A DNA stretch of 64,000 bases from positions 45,942,001 through 46,006,000 of the forward strand of contig NC_073391.1 in assembly GCF_028641065.1 (NCBI RefSeq), written 5' to 3'. The translations under genes were made by a program, and so were the position numbers. This stretch comes from Leucoraja erinacea (Eukaryota). Below, piece after piece: positions 39,940-52,480 of the stretch. Each line of letters opens with the position of its first letter. Position 1 is the stretch's first letter. The notes beneath the pieces are model-generated. The model did not search any database. It worked only from the letters and a program-made list of their open reading frames with translations, and was not told where the DNA came from.

Positions 39940-40817
39940 CTAGACTAAGTGGGGCCCGTTGGGTCCCAGTCACCATGGGGAGGGTGTGTGGTGGTGGGGG
40001 GGTGTGGGGTAGGAGGGAAGTGTGTATGTGGGGGGAGGGAGGGGTCTGCGAGGGGGGGGAAGGAGGGCTGTGGGAGCGGGTGTGTGTTGGCGGGGTGAAA
40101 GATATAGGAGGAGGTGGTTTGGGGGAAGGGGTGTGTGTGGCCGGGGTTTGTGGAGGGGGGTGTGTGTGTGGGCGCGGGGGTATGTGTGGGCGGGGGGGGG
40201 GGGGGGGGGGGAGGGGTTTTGGGCAGGGTGTGTTGTGGAGGAAGGGTTTGTGGGTGGGGGAGGATATGTGGGAGGGATGGGTGAGTGGGAGGGAGGGGTA
40301 TGTGGGGGGGGGGGGGGGGGAGGGAGGAGTGTGGGGGCAGAGACATAAGCAAATGGCTTTCAGTATCACGGGAGAGGGGGGCAGGAGCCAGTGAGGGGGA
40401 CCAGAGGGGGTTGGGGGTGCAATGGGGACTCACAGCGGTCGCAGGTCGCTTCGTTGGTCGTTCTCCTCCACCGGGATCAGAATCTCCGCTTTCCGATTGG
40501 TGACATCAATGCCACCTCTGACTCCGCACTGGCTGCGTCGGGCCATTTCCGGTCCCTCCATCTAAAAATTGTGTCCAGATGGAGATCTCCGCCGGCCATC
40601 CAGAACCTTCCGCAGCTGCAGTAAAGACGCGATGGCGCCGGTAGGGGAGGGGCCATCCCGCGGAGTGACAGTAGAAGGGACCACTCCGCGCGGCGCTGAA
40701 TGGCAGGAGAGGAAATCGATCTGCGCACGAGCGGTTTTTAAGATTTTGAAACCTCGATAACACTTACCAGCTTCCAGCTATCAGAACGAAACTTGGTACA
40801 ATCGCAGCATAGGAGAG
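39940..40817 (-). mobile_element. Helitron-like element with a G-rich low-complexity interior
   Basis: Hairpin plus CTAG at 39940-39970; 40735-40800 resembles the other Helitron-like bodies; G/GT tract at 39975-40420. Confidence 0.5.
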
Positions 40818-41772
40818 CTATGGGAGTGCTGAAGGCGGCCAAGCTGATGAGCCGGGGGTAAGATGGGGGGGGTCAATCAGTCTGTTGGCCTGCCGGTGGG
40901 TGCTGTGAGGCTGGCGGACGTTGGGCTGATGGCCGGCCGGTGTTGCAGTGAGCGGGTGGACGGGCGGAGCCAGCGCAATGCGGGTGCTGAAGGCGGCCAG
41001 GGCAGCGTGCAGGACAGTGCTGCTCTCCACCATGTTGACATTCAGTGTAATCGTGGCATTGGGTAGGCTGCTGCTGATGGTTCTGAAGGGCATGCTGGAC
41101 GAGGTGGACACGCTGAGCGGCCACACATAAGGAGCCCACAGCCGACCCCAAAGCGGCTCCAGTTCCAGCCGTGGGCAGTTCTGGAAGGGGAGCAAGTTAG
41201 GGTTGGGCATTTTCCTCTCAGTGGAAGATGCCTAAGCCTTCCCCCAGCCTGGCACTGCCCCAGTCCCACTATGGTCGTGACCCCCACTCTGCACACTGGT
41301 AGTCAGTGGGGTTCAGTAAACTGGGGAACACACAGGATCTGCCCTCAAACATTAATTACGCGAGTTCAGGAGCCAGTGAAACCCGTATTCAATGTTCCCA
41401 TATACAGCTAAACATTATTGAGGAGAAGAGTGAGTGCACTGTTACTCTTTCTAATTAGCTTAATTAATTAATCAATCAACTATTTGCACTGACGAATTAT
41501 GAATTCTTTATTGATGATGTTTTATCCAAATCTGTGCCAAATTTCAAGTAGATACCAGACAGGGTCACGAAAGTTGAACTAAAGCCCTTTTGACACCTTG
41601 GCCCACGGCCTATTGTCACATATCCAAGATATGTGTCGTAATATATCAGCAGTAACCATAGAGTCCAACACCAACAGTCACTTGTGGACGCAACAGGATT
41701 TAACAACTGAGGCAAATTCCTTGCATGTACACATACTTGGCTAAATAAATGTATTCAATTCAATTCAATTAA

Positions 41773-41985
41773 TGACAGTGGCGCAGCAGTAGAATTGCTG
41801 CCTTACAGCGAATGCAGCGCTGGTGACCCAAGTTTGATCCTGACTACAGATGATCTATGTACGGAGTTTGTACGTTCTCCCCATGATCTGCTTTGGTTTT
41901 CTCCGAGATCTTCGATTTCTTCGCACACTCTAAAGACGTACAAGTTTGTAGGTTAATTGGCTTGTGTAAAAATTGTCCCTTGTGG
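41773..41985 (+). mobile_element. tRNA-derived V-domain SINE (HE1-like)
   Basis: A-box GTGGCGCAGCAG, B-box-like GTTTGATCC, V-domain GGAGTTTGTACGTTCTCCCC. Confidence 0.7.
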
Positions 41986-42645
41986 GTGCGGGATAATACG
42001 GTTCACATCTTAATAAACAGACAACTCACAAAAACGTTAGTTAGACCAACTCAAGCTTTACTGAACATCGACTGGGAAGTGATGGGGATACACCAGTCAA
42101 GTAAGCAACACAGACACTTGACTTCCTCCGTGCCACCACTTCAATGAACAAAGAGTTTCATGGTGTTTTATACTTTGTATGATTGTCACTTAGTTACATT
42201 CCAAAGGCATCGGTCATTGTCTCAGAATACATCACTGAGACAAGTATGGGCTTGTCTCTCTCATCAATTGGTAGACACATTTCCACAACACCGCTCATTG
42301 TCGCAATACACAGCAATCTGAGGCAAGCCCGGGCTTGTCTCTCTCTCTTATCAAGCCACCGGTGAAAGCCTGCTTGAGACGAAATATAAGCTACTACCTA
42401 GTCAAGTATTCCACTGTGTCTTTTATATATTTAAAAGCATTTAACCTTTTCATTGATAGTGTTAATATGCGGGAATTGCTGGTCGGTGTATCTCTAAACA
42501 AACCAGAAACTTAATTAAACTTTCTCCCCCAATGTGAACGAGCTGGTGTGTCAATTGTTCAGATATTCGAGTAAATCCCAGCCCACACACTCTTCCAGCA
42601 TGAATTCTCTGGGAAGGTCACCCAGTTAGACTTACTGGCAAACCC

Positions 42646-44613
42646 CTACCCATAGTTGGGAGAGGCAAATGGTTTCTCCACAGCGTGAATTCGCTGGTGT
42701 GTCTTCAGGTTTGAAGATTGAGTGAATTTCTTCCCACACTCAGAGCAGGTGAACGGCCTCTCCCCTGAATGAATTCTCTGGTGTACCATTAACACAGATG
42801 ACCGAGAGAATCCCTTCCCACACTCAGAGCAGGTGAACGGACGTTCTCCAGAGTGAATTCTCTGATGTTTCAGTAACACAGACGACTGAGTGAACCCCTT
42901 CCCACACTCAGAGCAGGTGAACGGCCGTTCTCCAGAGTGCATTCTCTGGTGTGTCAGGAACACAGACGCCTGAGTGAATCCCTTCCCACACTCAGAGCAG
43001 GTGAACGGTCTCTTCCCAGGGTGAAGGTTGAGATGTTTTCGTAAAGTCGATGAATGTGCGAATCCCTTCCCACAATCAGGACAGACAAATGGTTTCTCCC
43101 CAGTGTGAATTCGCTGGTGGGATACCAGGTTGCAAGATTGGTTGAATCCCATCCCGCACTCGGAGCAGGTGAACGGCCTCTCCCCCGTGTGAATTCTCTG
43201 ATGAATCTTTAGGTTGTTTGCTACAGTGAATCGCTTCCCACAATCGGGACAGGCAAATGGTTTCTCCTCCGTGTGAACTCGCTGGTGGGATAGCAGTTGG
43301 GAAGATTGGCTGAATGCCTTCCTGCACTCAGAGCAGGTGAATGGCCTCTCCTCCGTGTGAATTCGCTGGTGTCTCAGTAACTGAGATGAACGAGTAAATC
43401 CCATCCCACATTCAGAGCAGGTGAACGGCCTCTCTCCAGTGTGAATTCGCTGGTGTGTCTTCAGGTTTGAAGATTGAGTGAATTTCTTCCCACACTCAGA
43501 GCAGGTGAACGGCCTCTCCCCTGAATGAATTCTCTGGTGTACCACTAACACAGATGACCGAGAGAATCCCTTCCCACACTCAGAGCAGGTGAACGGACGT
43601 TCTCCAGAGTGAATTCTCTGGTGTTTCAGTAACACAGACGACTGAGTGAATCCCTTCCCACACTCAGAGCAGGTGAACGGCCGTTCTCCAGAGTGCATTC
43701 TCTGGTGTGTCAGGAACACAGACGCCTGAGTGAATCCCTTCCCACACTCAGAGCAGGTGAACGGTCTCTTCCCAGGGTGAAGGTTGAGATGTTTTCGTAA
43801 AGTCGATGAATGTGCGAATCCCTTCCCACAATCAGGACAGACAAATGGTTTCTCCCCAGTGTGAATTCGCTGGTGGGATACCAGGTTGCAAGATTGGTTG
43901 AATCCCATCCCGCACTCGGAGCAGGTGAACGGCCTCTCCCCCGTGTGAATTCTCTGGTGAATCTTTAGGTTGTTTGCTACAGTGAATCGCTTCCCACAAT
44001 CGGGACAGGCAAATGGTTTCTCCTCCGTGTGAACTCGCTGGTGGGATAGCAGCTGGGAAGATTGGCTGAATGCCTTCCCGCACTCAGAGCAGGTGAATGG
44101 CCTCTCCTCCGTGTGAATTCGCTGGTGTCTCAGTAACTGAGATGAACGAGTAAATCCCATCCCACATTCAGAGCAGGTGAATGGCCTCTCTCCAGTGTGA
44201 ATTCGCTGGTGATTCTGTAACGCATATGATTCAATGAATCCCTTCCCACACTCAGAGCAGACAAACGGCTTCTCCCCTGTATGAATTCTCTGGTGCAGCA
44301 GCAACTTATATGATCCAATGAATCCCTTCCCACATTCAGAGCAGGTGAACGGCCTCTCTCCAGTGTGAATTCGCTGGTGATTCTGTAACGCATATGATTC
44401 AATGAATCCCTTCCCACACTCAGAGCAGGTGAACGGCCTCTCCCCTGTGTGAATACGCTGATGCCTCTTCAGTAGGTACGATTGAGTGAATCCCTTCCCA
44501 CAATCGGGACAGGTAAACGGTTTCTCCACAGTGTGAACTTGCTGTCGGGTCAACAGGTGGGAAGATTGGTTTAATCCCTGCCCACACTCAGAGCTGGCCA
44601 GTAATTTCTCCAT
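42646..44613 (-). CDS. C2H2 zinc-finger protein, 22 fingers, 655 aa
   Basis: ATG ([11 protein letters not shown]) at 44613; intact ORF; putative intron 44735-44927; includes a 756-bp internal tandem duplication. Confidence 0.92.
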   Translation of the reverse strand: MEKLLASSECGQGLNQSSHLLTRQQVHTVEKPFTCPDCGKGFTQSYLLKRHQRIHTGERPFTCSECGKGFIESYALQNHQRIHTGERPFTCSECGKGFIGSYKLLLHQRIHTGEKPFVCSECGKGFIESYALQNHQRIHTGERPFTCSECGMGFTRSSQLLRHQRIHTEERPFTCSECGKAFSQSSQLLSHQRVHTEEKPFACPDCGKRFTVANNLKIHQRIHTGERPFTCSECGMGFNQSCNLVSHQRIHTGEKPFVCPDCGKGFAHSSTLRKHLNLHPGKRPFTCSECGKGFTQASVFLTHQRMHSGERPFTCSECGKGFTQSSVLLKHQRIHSGERPFTCSECGKGFSRSSVLVVHQRIHSGERPFTCSECGKKFTQSSNLKTHQRIHTGERPFTCSECGMGFTRSSQLLRHQRIHTEERPFTCSECRKAFSQSSQLLSHQRVHTEEKPFACPDCGKRFTVANNLKIHQRIHTGERPFTCSECGMGFNQSCNLVSHQRIHTGEKPFVCPDCGKGFAHSSTLRKHLNLHPGKRPFTCSECGKGFTQASVFLTHQRMHSGERPFTCSECGKGFTQSSVLLKHQRIHSGERPFTCSECGKGFSRSSVLMVHQRIHSGERPFTCSECGKKFTQSSNLKTHQRIHAVEKPFASPNYG

Positions 44614-44799
44614 GCTGTGACCTGTCTGGCGTCCGGGCGGATCAGCTGACGCAGTGAATCCTCCCACACGTTCAGGCGCCGGTGAAATAAACGAGTTGGA
44701 GATTCCTGAACATCAATCCTCTGCTTCTTCTACCCTGTAAAAAGAGTTGACCATAAATTAACAGGTAAAGATCTGTCCGGGTCGGGACCCTTCCTCTCA

Positions 44800-45135
44800 C
44801 CGGTCAATCCGTGCATTCGATGCGCTCACGCCGCCGGGGACCGCACCGATTCTCCCCGCAGCCGGGGGCCGCTCCTCAGGCCGGGCCTCGGTGCTGACTG
44901 ATCCCGCGCCCGGATCCCCGCTCCTACCCGCCGCCGATCCTCCGGAGTCTTTTGTCCACGGACCGCATGCGCGCCTTGGCCGCACCACTTGCGGGGTTCT
45001 CCGCGCCTGCGCGCTTGGTATCGTCTGCAACATAGGGCGGGTTCTAGGGCGCGGGTGTTTCTGGGTGAAGACGGCGCCATGGACACGATCTGAAATCACC
45101 GGCTCAACGGTCCCCAATGAACAACAGCCACTTTG
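44800..45135 (-). promoter_or_regulatory. Promoter/exon-1 cassette for ZNF 42646-44613
   Basis: Cassette homology; donor GG|GTAGGAG at 44927. Confidence 0.65.
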
Positions 45136-45346
45136 TTCTTGTATGTGGAGAGTCTGCAGTCAATGTAACACAGCGACCTCTCTCGTCGATGACTTGTAAA
45201 ATCATTCCACTTACAAGTGCCGAATGTCGAAACTATCAGACTCACGAACCAATGAAGTTTGTGTTTGAATTAGTTTAGAAACATAGAAAATAGCTGCAAG
45301 GAGGAGGCCATTCGGCCCTTCGAGCCAGCACCGCCATTCATTGTGA

Positions 45347-46115
45347 TAGAAACATAGAAACATAGAAATTAGGTGCAGGAGTAGGTCATTCGGCCCTTCG
45401 AGCCTGCACCGCCATTTAATATGATCATGGCTGATCATCCAACTCAGTATCCCGTATCTGCCTTCTCTCCATACCCTCTGATCCCCTTGGCCACAAGGGC
45501 CACATCTAACTCCCTCTTAAATATAGCCAATGAACTGGCCTCAACTACCCTCTGTGGCAGAGAGTTCCAGAGATTCACCACTCTCTGTGTGAAAAAAGTT
45601 CTCCTCATCTCGGTTTTAAAGGATTTCCCCCTTATCCTTAAGCTGTGACCCCTTGTCCTGGACTTCCCCAACATCGGGAACAATCTTCCTGCATCTAGCC
45701 TGTCCAACCCCTTAAGAATTTTGTAAGTTTCTATAAGATCCCCTCTCAATCTCCTAAATTCTAGAGAGTATAAACCAAGTCTATCCAGTCTTTCTTCATA
45801 AGACAGTCCTGACATCCCAGGAATCAGTCTGGTGAACCTTCTCTGCACTCCCTCTATGGCTATAATGTCCTTCCTCAGATTTGGAGACCAAAACTGCACG
45901 CAATACTCCAGGTATGGTCTCACCAAGACCCTATACAACTGCAGTAGAACCTCCCTGCTCCTATACTCAAATCCTCTTGCTATGAAAGCCAACATGCCAT
46001 TCGCTTTCTTTACTGCCTGCTGCACCTGCATGCCTACCTTCAATGACTGGTGTACCATGACACCCAGGTCTCGCTGCATCTCCCCCTTTCCCAATCGGCC
46101 ACCGTTTAGATAATA
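45347..46115 (-). mobile_element. CR1 (HER1-like) 3' fragment
   Basis: ORF 45444-46199 is an uninterrupted RT C-terminus; (TTTCTATG)n tail. Confidence 0.88.
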
Positions 46116-46674
46116 AATTTCTATGTTTCTATGTAATAATAAATGATCGTCCCCTATCAATAACCCGTGCCTGCCTTTCCTCATATCCCTTGACTCCACT
46201 AGCCCCTAGAGCTCTATCTAACTCTCTCTTAAATCCAGAACTTGAGAGATCGAGTGACAGAGAGAGAGGGAGCAAGATAGGGAAGGGGAGGGGTAGAGTA
46301 GTAGAGAGAGAGGAGGAGAGGGAGGAGGAGGGGGCGGGTGAGTGGTAGAGAGAGCTAATGCAAGTGAGAGCTAGTTAAAGCAAGTTGTTGAAAGTTTTGG
46401 GAGAGGAGGGAGGGATGGGGGAAAGCAAGTGGGGCAGAGAGAGGGAAATGGAGAGAGACGGGTTGGGTAAGTGTTGGCAAGTGTTGAGTAAGTTTTGGGT
46501 AAGTTTAGAGATTGAATTGGAATGCTTTGGAAAGGTTGTGGGAGGCAGAGAGTGAGGGAGAGAGAGAGAGGGAGCCGTGTCTATGTAAACGTCATTTGTA
46601 ATCAACAAGTTGCCATAAGTTCGCCGACTTTGAATCTGTTAATAGGCCAACACAGTACTATTAGTACAAACGGG

Positions 46675-47530
46675 GAATTACAGACCAGTTAGCCTGACCT
46701 CAGTGGTGGGAAAGATGCTGGAGTCAATTATTAAACAGGTAATAATGGGGCATTTGGATAGCAGTAAAAGGATTCATCCAAGTCCATGGAATTCTCTGCC
46801 ACAGAAGATAGTTGAGGCCAGTTCATTGGCTGTATTTAAGAGGGAGTTAGATGTGGCCCCATTGGCTAAAGGGATCAGGGGGTATGGAGAGAAGCAGTAA
46901 CAGGATACTGAGATGGATGATCAGCCATGATCATATTGAATGGCGGTGCAGGCTCAAAGGGCCGAATGGCCTACTCCTGCACCTATTTTCTATGTTTCTA
47001 AGTCAAATGGATTTATGAAAGGGAAATCATGCTTGACTAATCTTCTGGAATTTTTTGAGGATGTGACAAGTAAAATGGATGAAGGGGTGCCAGTGGATGT
47101 AGTGTATCTAAACTTTCAGAAAGCCTTTGATAAGGTCCCGCACGGGAGACTGGTGACTAAAATTAGAGCACATGGTATTGGGGTTGACATGAATAGAAAA
47201 TTGGTTGGCAGACCAGAAGCAAAGAGTAGGAGTGAACGGGTCCTTTTCAGAATGGCAGGCAGTGGCGCCTGGAATGCCGCAAGGCTCGGTGTTGGGCCCG
47301 CAACTGTTTACCATATATATTAATATTTGGAAGAGGGAATTAGGAGCAACACTAGCAAGTTTGCGAATGACACAAAGCTGGGTGGCAGTGTGAACTGTGA
47401 AGAGGATGTTAGGAGGTTGCAGGGTGACCTGGACAGATTGAGTGGGCAGATGCGTGGCAGATGCAGTATAGTATAGATAAATATGAGGTTATCCACTTTG
47501 GCGGCAAAAACAAGGGGGCAGATTATTATC
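46675..47530 (+). mobile_element. CR1 RT fragment with a nested CR1 3' tail (about 46785-46999)
   Basis: [50 protein letters not shown]. Confidence 0.8.
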
Positions 47531-47537
47531 TCCATGG

Positions 47538-48930
47538 GAGGTACACAAAAATGCTGGAGAAACTAAGCGGGTGCAGCAGCATCTATGGAGCAATGGGGAT
47601 AGGCAAAGTTTCAGGCCGAAACCCTTCTTCAGACTGATAGGGGGTAGGGGGAAGCGGGGAGAAGAAAGGAAAAAGGAGGAGGAGGAGCTCGAGGGCTGAG
47701 GGAGAGGTGGGAAGGGGAGGATACAGCAAGGGTTAACTGAATTGTGAGAATTCAATGTTCATGCCACCAGGATGCAGACTACCCAAGAGGTATGAGGCGA
47801 GTATGAGCACCATATGAGGGGCTGTTCCTCCAAATTACGGTGTTGCACACTCTGGCCGTGGAGGAGGCCCAGAACAGAGAGGTCGGATATGGAATGGGAG
47901 GGGGAGTTGAAGTGCTGAGCCACCGGGAGGTCAGGATGGTTAGTGTGGACCGAGCGGAGGTGTTCGGCGAAACGATCACCAAGCCTGCGCTTGGTCTCAC
48001 CGATATAGATCAGCTGACATCTAGAGCAGCGGATGCAATAGATGAGGTTGGAGGAGGTGCAGGTGAACCTCTGTCGCACCTGGAACGACAGCTTGGGGCC
48101 TTGAATGGAGTTGAGGGGGGAGGTAAAGCTACAAGTAAGGGAAAGTGCCCGGGGAAGGGGTGGAGCAGGAGGGAAGGGAAGAATTGACAAGGGAGTTACG
48201 GAGGGAGCGGTCTTTGTGGAAGGCAGACGGAGGGAAATGGGAAGATGTGGCGAGTGGTGGGGTCACGTTGGAGGTGGCAAAACTGACAGAGGACTATTTG
48301 TTGTATGTGCCGGCTAGTGGGGTGAAAGGTGAGGACCAGGGGGACTTGTTGCGAGTGGGGGGGATGGGGAGAGAGCGGTGTTGCAGGGTATGGAGGAGAC
48401 CCTGGTGCGAGCCTCAACTATAGTGGGGGAGGGGAAACCCCGTTCCCTGAAGATTGAGGACATTTGCGATGCCTTGGTGTGGAACACCTCATCCTGGGAG
48501 CAGATGCGGCGTAGAGGGAGGAATTGGGAATAGCGGATGGAGTACTTACAGGAAGCAGGGTAGCAGGACGAATAGTCAAGATAGCCATGGGAGTCAGTGC
48601 GTTTGTAGTGGATGTCGGTCAGAAGTCTATCACCTGCGATGGAGATAGTGAGGTCAAGGAATGGTAGGGAAGTGTCGGTAATGGTCCAGGTATATTTGAG
48701 TGCCGGTTGGAAGTTGGTGGTGAAGCGGATGAAGTCAGTCAGTTATGTGTGGGTGCAGGAGATGGCACCAAAGCAGTCGTCGATGTAATGGAGGTAGAGG
48801 TTGGGGATGGGGCCATGGTACGCCTCGAACAAGGATTGTTCGACGTAACCGACAAAGAGGCAGGCGTAGCTGGGGCCCATGTGCGTGCCCATAGCTACGC
48901 CTTGTATTTGGAGGAAATGGGAGGAGTCAA
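47538..48930 (-). mobile_element. Penelope-like retroelement, 5'-truncated (RT C-half, GIY-YIG endonuclease, terminal repeat)
   Basis: QGVAMGTHMGPSYACLF and YIDD on the - strand; LIYCIRCSRCQLIYIGETKRRLGDRFAEH; CTGAAGAAGGG terminal motif. Confidence 0.85.
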
Positions 48931-48934
48931 ACTA

Positions 48935-49892
48935 GAAGGGGTTAGGTTAGGTAAGGGGGAGGTGCTGCGAGACCTGGGCGTCCTTGTACACCGGTCACTG
49001 AAAGTTGGCTTACAGGTAAAACATAGAAAATAGGTGCAGGAGTAGGCCATTCGGCCCTTCGAGCCTGCACCGCCATTCAATATGATCATGGCTGATCATC
49101 CAACTCGGTATCCTATACCTGCCTTCTCTCCATACCCCCTGATCCCTTTAGCCACAAGGGCCACATCTAACTCCCTCTTAAATATAGCCAATGAACTGGC
49201 CTCAACTATCTTCTGTGGCAGAGAATTCCCGAGATTCACCACTCTCTGTGTGAAAAATGTTTTCCTCATCAGCAGGCAGTGAAGAAAGGTAATGGATTGT
49301 TGGCCTTCATAACAAGAGGACTTCAGTATAGGAGTAAAGAGGTTCTTCTGCAGTTGTATAGGGTTCTGGTGAGACCACATCTTGGAGTGTTGTGTACAGT
49401 TTTGGTATCCTAATTTGAGGAAGGACATCCTTATGAATGAGGCGGTGCAGCGTAGGTTCACGTGATTGATCCCTGGGATGGCGGGATTGTCATATGAGGA
49501 AAGATTGAAAAGACTAGGCTTGTATTCACTGGAGTTTAGAAGGATGAGGGGTAATCTTATAGAAACATATAAAATTATAAAAGGACTGGACAAGCTAGAT
49601 GCAGGAAAAAAGTTCACAATGTTGGGCGAGTCCAGAACCAGGGGCCACACACAGTCTTAGAATAAAGGGGAGGTCATTTAAGACTGAGGTGAGAAAAAAC
49701 ATTTTCACCCAGAGAGTTGGTAATTAATGGAATTCCTTGGCACAGAGGGCAGTGGAGGCCAAGGCACTGGATGGATTTAAGAGGGAGTTAGATAGAGCTC
49801 TAGGGGCTAGTGTAGTCAAGGGATTATGGGGAGAAGGCAGGCACGGGTTATTGATAGGGGACGATCAGCCATGATCATATTTTCTATGTTTC
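48935..49892 (+). mobile_element. CR1 3' fragment with an inverted CR1 tail inserted (about 49019-49270)
   Basis: The + strand RT C-terminus resumes after the inverted insert. Confidence 0.8.
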
Positions 49893-50332
49893 AATTGATA
49901 GACACATTTCAACAGCACAGGTCATTGTCTCAATACACAACAATCTGAGACAATCCCGGGCTTGTCTCTTTCTCTTATTAATCCACCGGAGGAAGCCTGC
50001 TTGAGATGAAAATATAAGCTACAACCTAGTCAAGTATTCTACTATGTATCTTTTATATATTTAAAAGCATTTAATAATTTTCACTGATAGTGTTAATATG
50101 CGAGAATTGCTGGTCGGCGCAGACCCGGTTGTCCGAAGGGCCTGTTTCCGCACTGTACCTCTAAATGAACCAGAAACGTATTTAAATTTTCTCCCCCAGT
50201 GTGAACAAGCTGGTGTATCAATCGTTCAGATATTCGATTAAATCCCAGCCCACACACTAGACAGGTGAATGCTCTCTCCCCAGCATGAATTCTCTGGTGG
50301 GGGGTTACCCGGTTAGGCTTACTGGTGAAACC

Positions 50333-51832
50333 CTACCCATGGTTTGGAGAGGCAAATGGTTTCTCCACAGCGTGAAGTCGCTGGTGGGTCTTCAGGTTAG
50401 AAGATTGAGTGAATTTCTTCCCACACTCAGAGCAGGTGAACGGCCTCTCCCCTGAGTGAATTCTCTGGTGTCCCAGTAACGCAGATGACTGGGAGAATCC
50501 CTTCCCACACTCAGAGCAGGTGAACGGACGCTCTCCAGAGTGAATTCTCTGGTGTATCAGTAACACAGACGACTGAGTGAACCCCTTCCCACACTCGGAG
50601 CAGGTGAACGGCCGTTCTCCAGAGTGAATTCTCTGGTGTGTCAGGAACACAGATGCCTGAGTGAATCCCTTCCCACACTCAGAGCAGGTGAACGGTCTCT
50701 TCCCAGGGTGAACGTTGAGATGTTTTCGTAAAGTTGATGATTGAGCGAATTCCTTCCCACAATCGGGACAGACAAATGGTTTCTCCGCAGTGTGAACTCG
50801 CTGGTGGGATACCAGGTTGCAAGATTGGGTGAATCCCATCCCGCACTCGGAGCAGGTGAACGGCCTCTCCCCCGTGTGAATTCTCTCATGCACCACCAAC
50901 GCAAAGGAGTGAGCAAATCCCTGCCCACACTCGGAGCAGGTGAACGGCCTCTCCCCGGTGTGAATTCGCTGGTGGGTCTTCAGGTTACTTGCTACAGTGA
51001 ATCCCTTCCCACAATCGGGACAGGCAAATGGTTTCTCCGCAGTGTGAACTCGCTGGTGGGACACCAGTTTGGAAGATTGGCTGAATCCCTTCCCGCACTC
51101 GGAGCAGGTGAACGGCCTCTCCTCTATGTGAATTCTCTGGTGTCTCAGTAACTCAGATGAACGAGTAAATCCCTTCCCACAATCAGAGCAGGTGAACGGC
51201 CTCTCTCCAGTGTGAATGCGCTGGTGTATCTGTAACGCATACGAATCAATGAATCTCTTCCCACACTCAGAGCAGAAAAACGGCCTCTCCCCCGTGTGAA
51301 TTCTCTGGTGTAGCAGCAACTGAGATGAACAAGTAAATCCCTTCCCACATTCAGAGCAGGTGAATGGCCTCTCTCCAGTGTGAATCCGCTGATGTATCTG
51401 TAACGCATATGATTCAATGAATCCCTTCCCACACTCAGAGCAAGTGAACGGCCTCTCTCCTGTGTGAATTTTCTGGTGTCTCTTCAGTAGGTACGATTGA
51501 GTGAACCCCTTCCCACAATCTGGACATGTAAGCGGCTTCTCTGCAGCGTGAACCTGCTCGTGATTCCTCAGGTTGCGAGAATGTGTGAATGCCTTCCCAC
51601 ACTCGGAGCAGTTAAATGGCCTCTCACCGGTTTGAACTCGCGGACGTGTTGGCAGCCTCTGCCCGGTGTGAATCTGCTGGTGCCACTTTAGCTCGCTAGC
51701 TTGAGAGAATCCCTTCCCACAATCGGGACAAGTAAACGGTTTCTCCACAGTGTGAACTTGCTGTCGGGTCAACAGGTGGGAAGATTGGTTTAATCCCTGC
51801 CCACACTCAGAGCTGGCCAGTAATTTCTCCAT
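50333..51832 (-). CDS. C2H2 zinc-finger protein, 16 fingers, 499 aa
   Basis: ATG at 51832; intact ORF; N-terminus identical to the 42.6-kb and 60.5-kb genes. Confidence 0.92.
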   Translation of the reverse strand: MEKLLASSECGQGLNQSSHLLTRQQVHTVEKPFTCPDCGKGFSQASELKWHQQIHTGQRLPTRPRVQTGERPFNCSECGKAFTHSRNLRNHEQVHAAEKPLTCPDCGKGFTQSYLLKRHQKIHTGERPFTCSECGKGFIESYALQIHQRIHTGERPFTCSECGKGFTCSSQLLLHQRIHTGERPFFCSECGKRFIDSYALQIHQRIHTGERPFTCSDCGKGFTRSSELLRHQRIHIEERPFTCSECGKGFSQSSKLVSHQRVHTAEKPFACPDCGKGFTVASNLKTHQRIHTGERPFTCSECGQGFAHSFALVVHERIHTGERPFTCSECGMGFTQSCNLVSHQRVHTAEKPFVCPDCGKEFAQSSTLRKHLNVHPGKRPFTCSECGKGFTQASVFLTHQRIHSGERPFTCSECGKGFTQSSVLLIHQRIHSGERPFTCSECGKGFSQSSALLGHQRIHSGERPFTCSECGKKFTQSSNLKTHQRLHAVEKPFASPNHG

Positions 51833-52014
51833 GCTGTGACCTGTCTGGCGTCCGGGCGGATCAGCTGACGCAGTGAATCCTCCCACACGTTCAGGCGCAG
51901 GTGAAATAAACTAGTTTGAGATTCCTGAACATCAATCCTCTACTTTTTCTATCCTGTAAAAAGAGTTGACCATAAAAACAGGTAAAGGTCTGTCCGGATC
52001 GGGACCCTTCCTCT

Positions 52015-52480
52015 CACCGGTCAATCCGTGCATTCGATGTGCTCACGCCGCCGGGGACCGCACCGATTCTCCCCGCAGCCGGGGGCCGCTCCTCAGGCCG
52101 GGCCTCGGTGCTGACTGATCCCGCGCCCGGATCCCCGCTCCTACCCGCCGCCGATTCTCCGGAGGTACACAAAAATGCAGGAGAAACTCAGCGGGTGCAG
52201 CAGCATCTATGGCGTGAAGGAAATAGGTGACGTTTCGGGCCGAAACCCTTCTTCAGGCCCTGTTTTCCAGCATCTGCAGTTCCTTCTTAAACGCCGATTC
52301 TCCGGAGTCTTTTGTCCACGGACCGCATGCGCACCTTGGCAGCACCACTTCCGGGGCTCTCCGCGCCCTGCAACATAGGGCGAGTTCTGGGGCGCGGAGG
52401 TTTCTGGGTAAACAGGGCGCCATGGACATGATCTGAAATCACCCGCTCAGCGTTCCCCAATGGACATCAGCAACTTTGTC
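52015..52480 (-). promoter_or_regulatory. Promoter/exon-1 cassette for ZNF 50333-51832, interrupted by a 127-bp insertion
   Basis: Cassette homology; insert 52165-52291 flanked by a 16-bp TSD. Confidence 0.65.
52165..52291. mobile_element. Short Penelope-derived insertion with a hammerhead-like core
   Basis: TSD CGCCGATTCTCCGGAG (52149-52164 / 52292-52307). Confidence 0.7.

Noticed and set aside
39848-40433. Pro/Gly-rich ORFs (also 12134-13015, 56109-56848)
   Set aside because: Translations of low-complexity G- or CT-rich tracts.
41195-41240. Short match to 53170-53211 preceded by GTTAGGGTT
   Set aside because: Only about 40 bp and one or two telomere-like units; too little to call an interstitial telomere or an element.
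41773-41850. tRNA-like A/B boxes
   Set aside because: No complete cloverleaf; it continues into a V-SINE body.
44797-45199. Recurrent ORFs of about 100 aa in the promoter cassette (MGxxEPVIS...RPRTRPMLQ) as a candidate N-terminal effector domain
   Set aside because: Non-ATG starts, frame-breaking indels between copies, and they run through the putative donor; GC richness explains the open frames.
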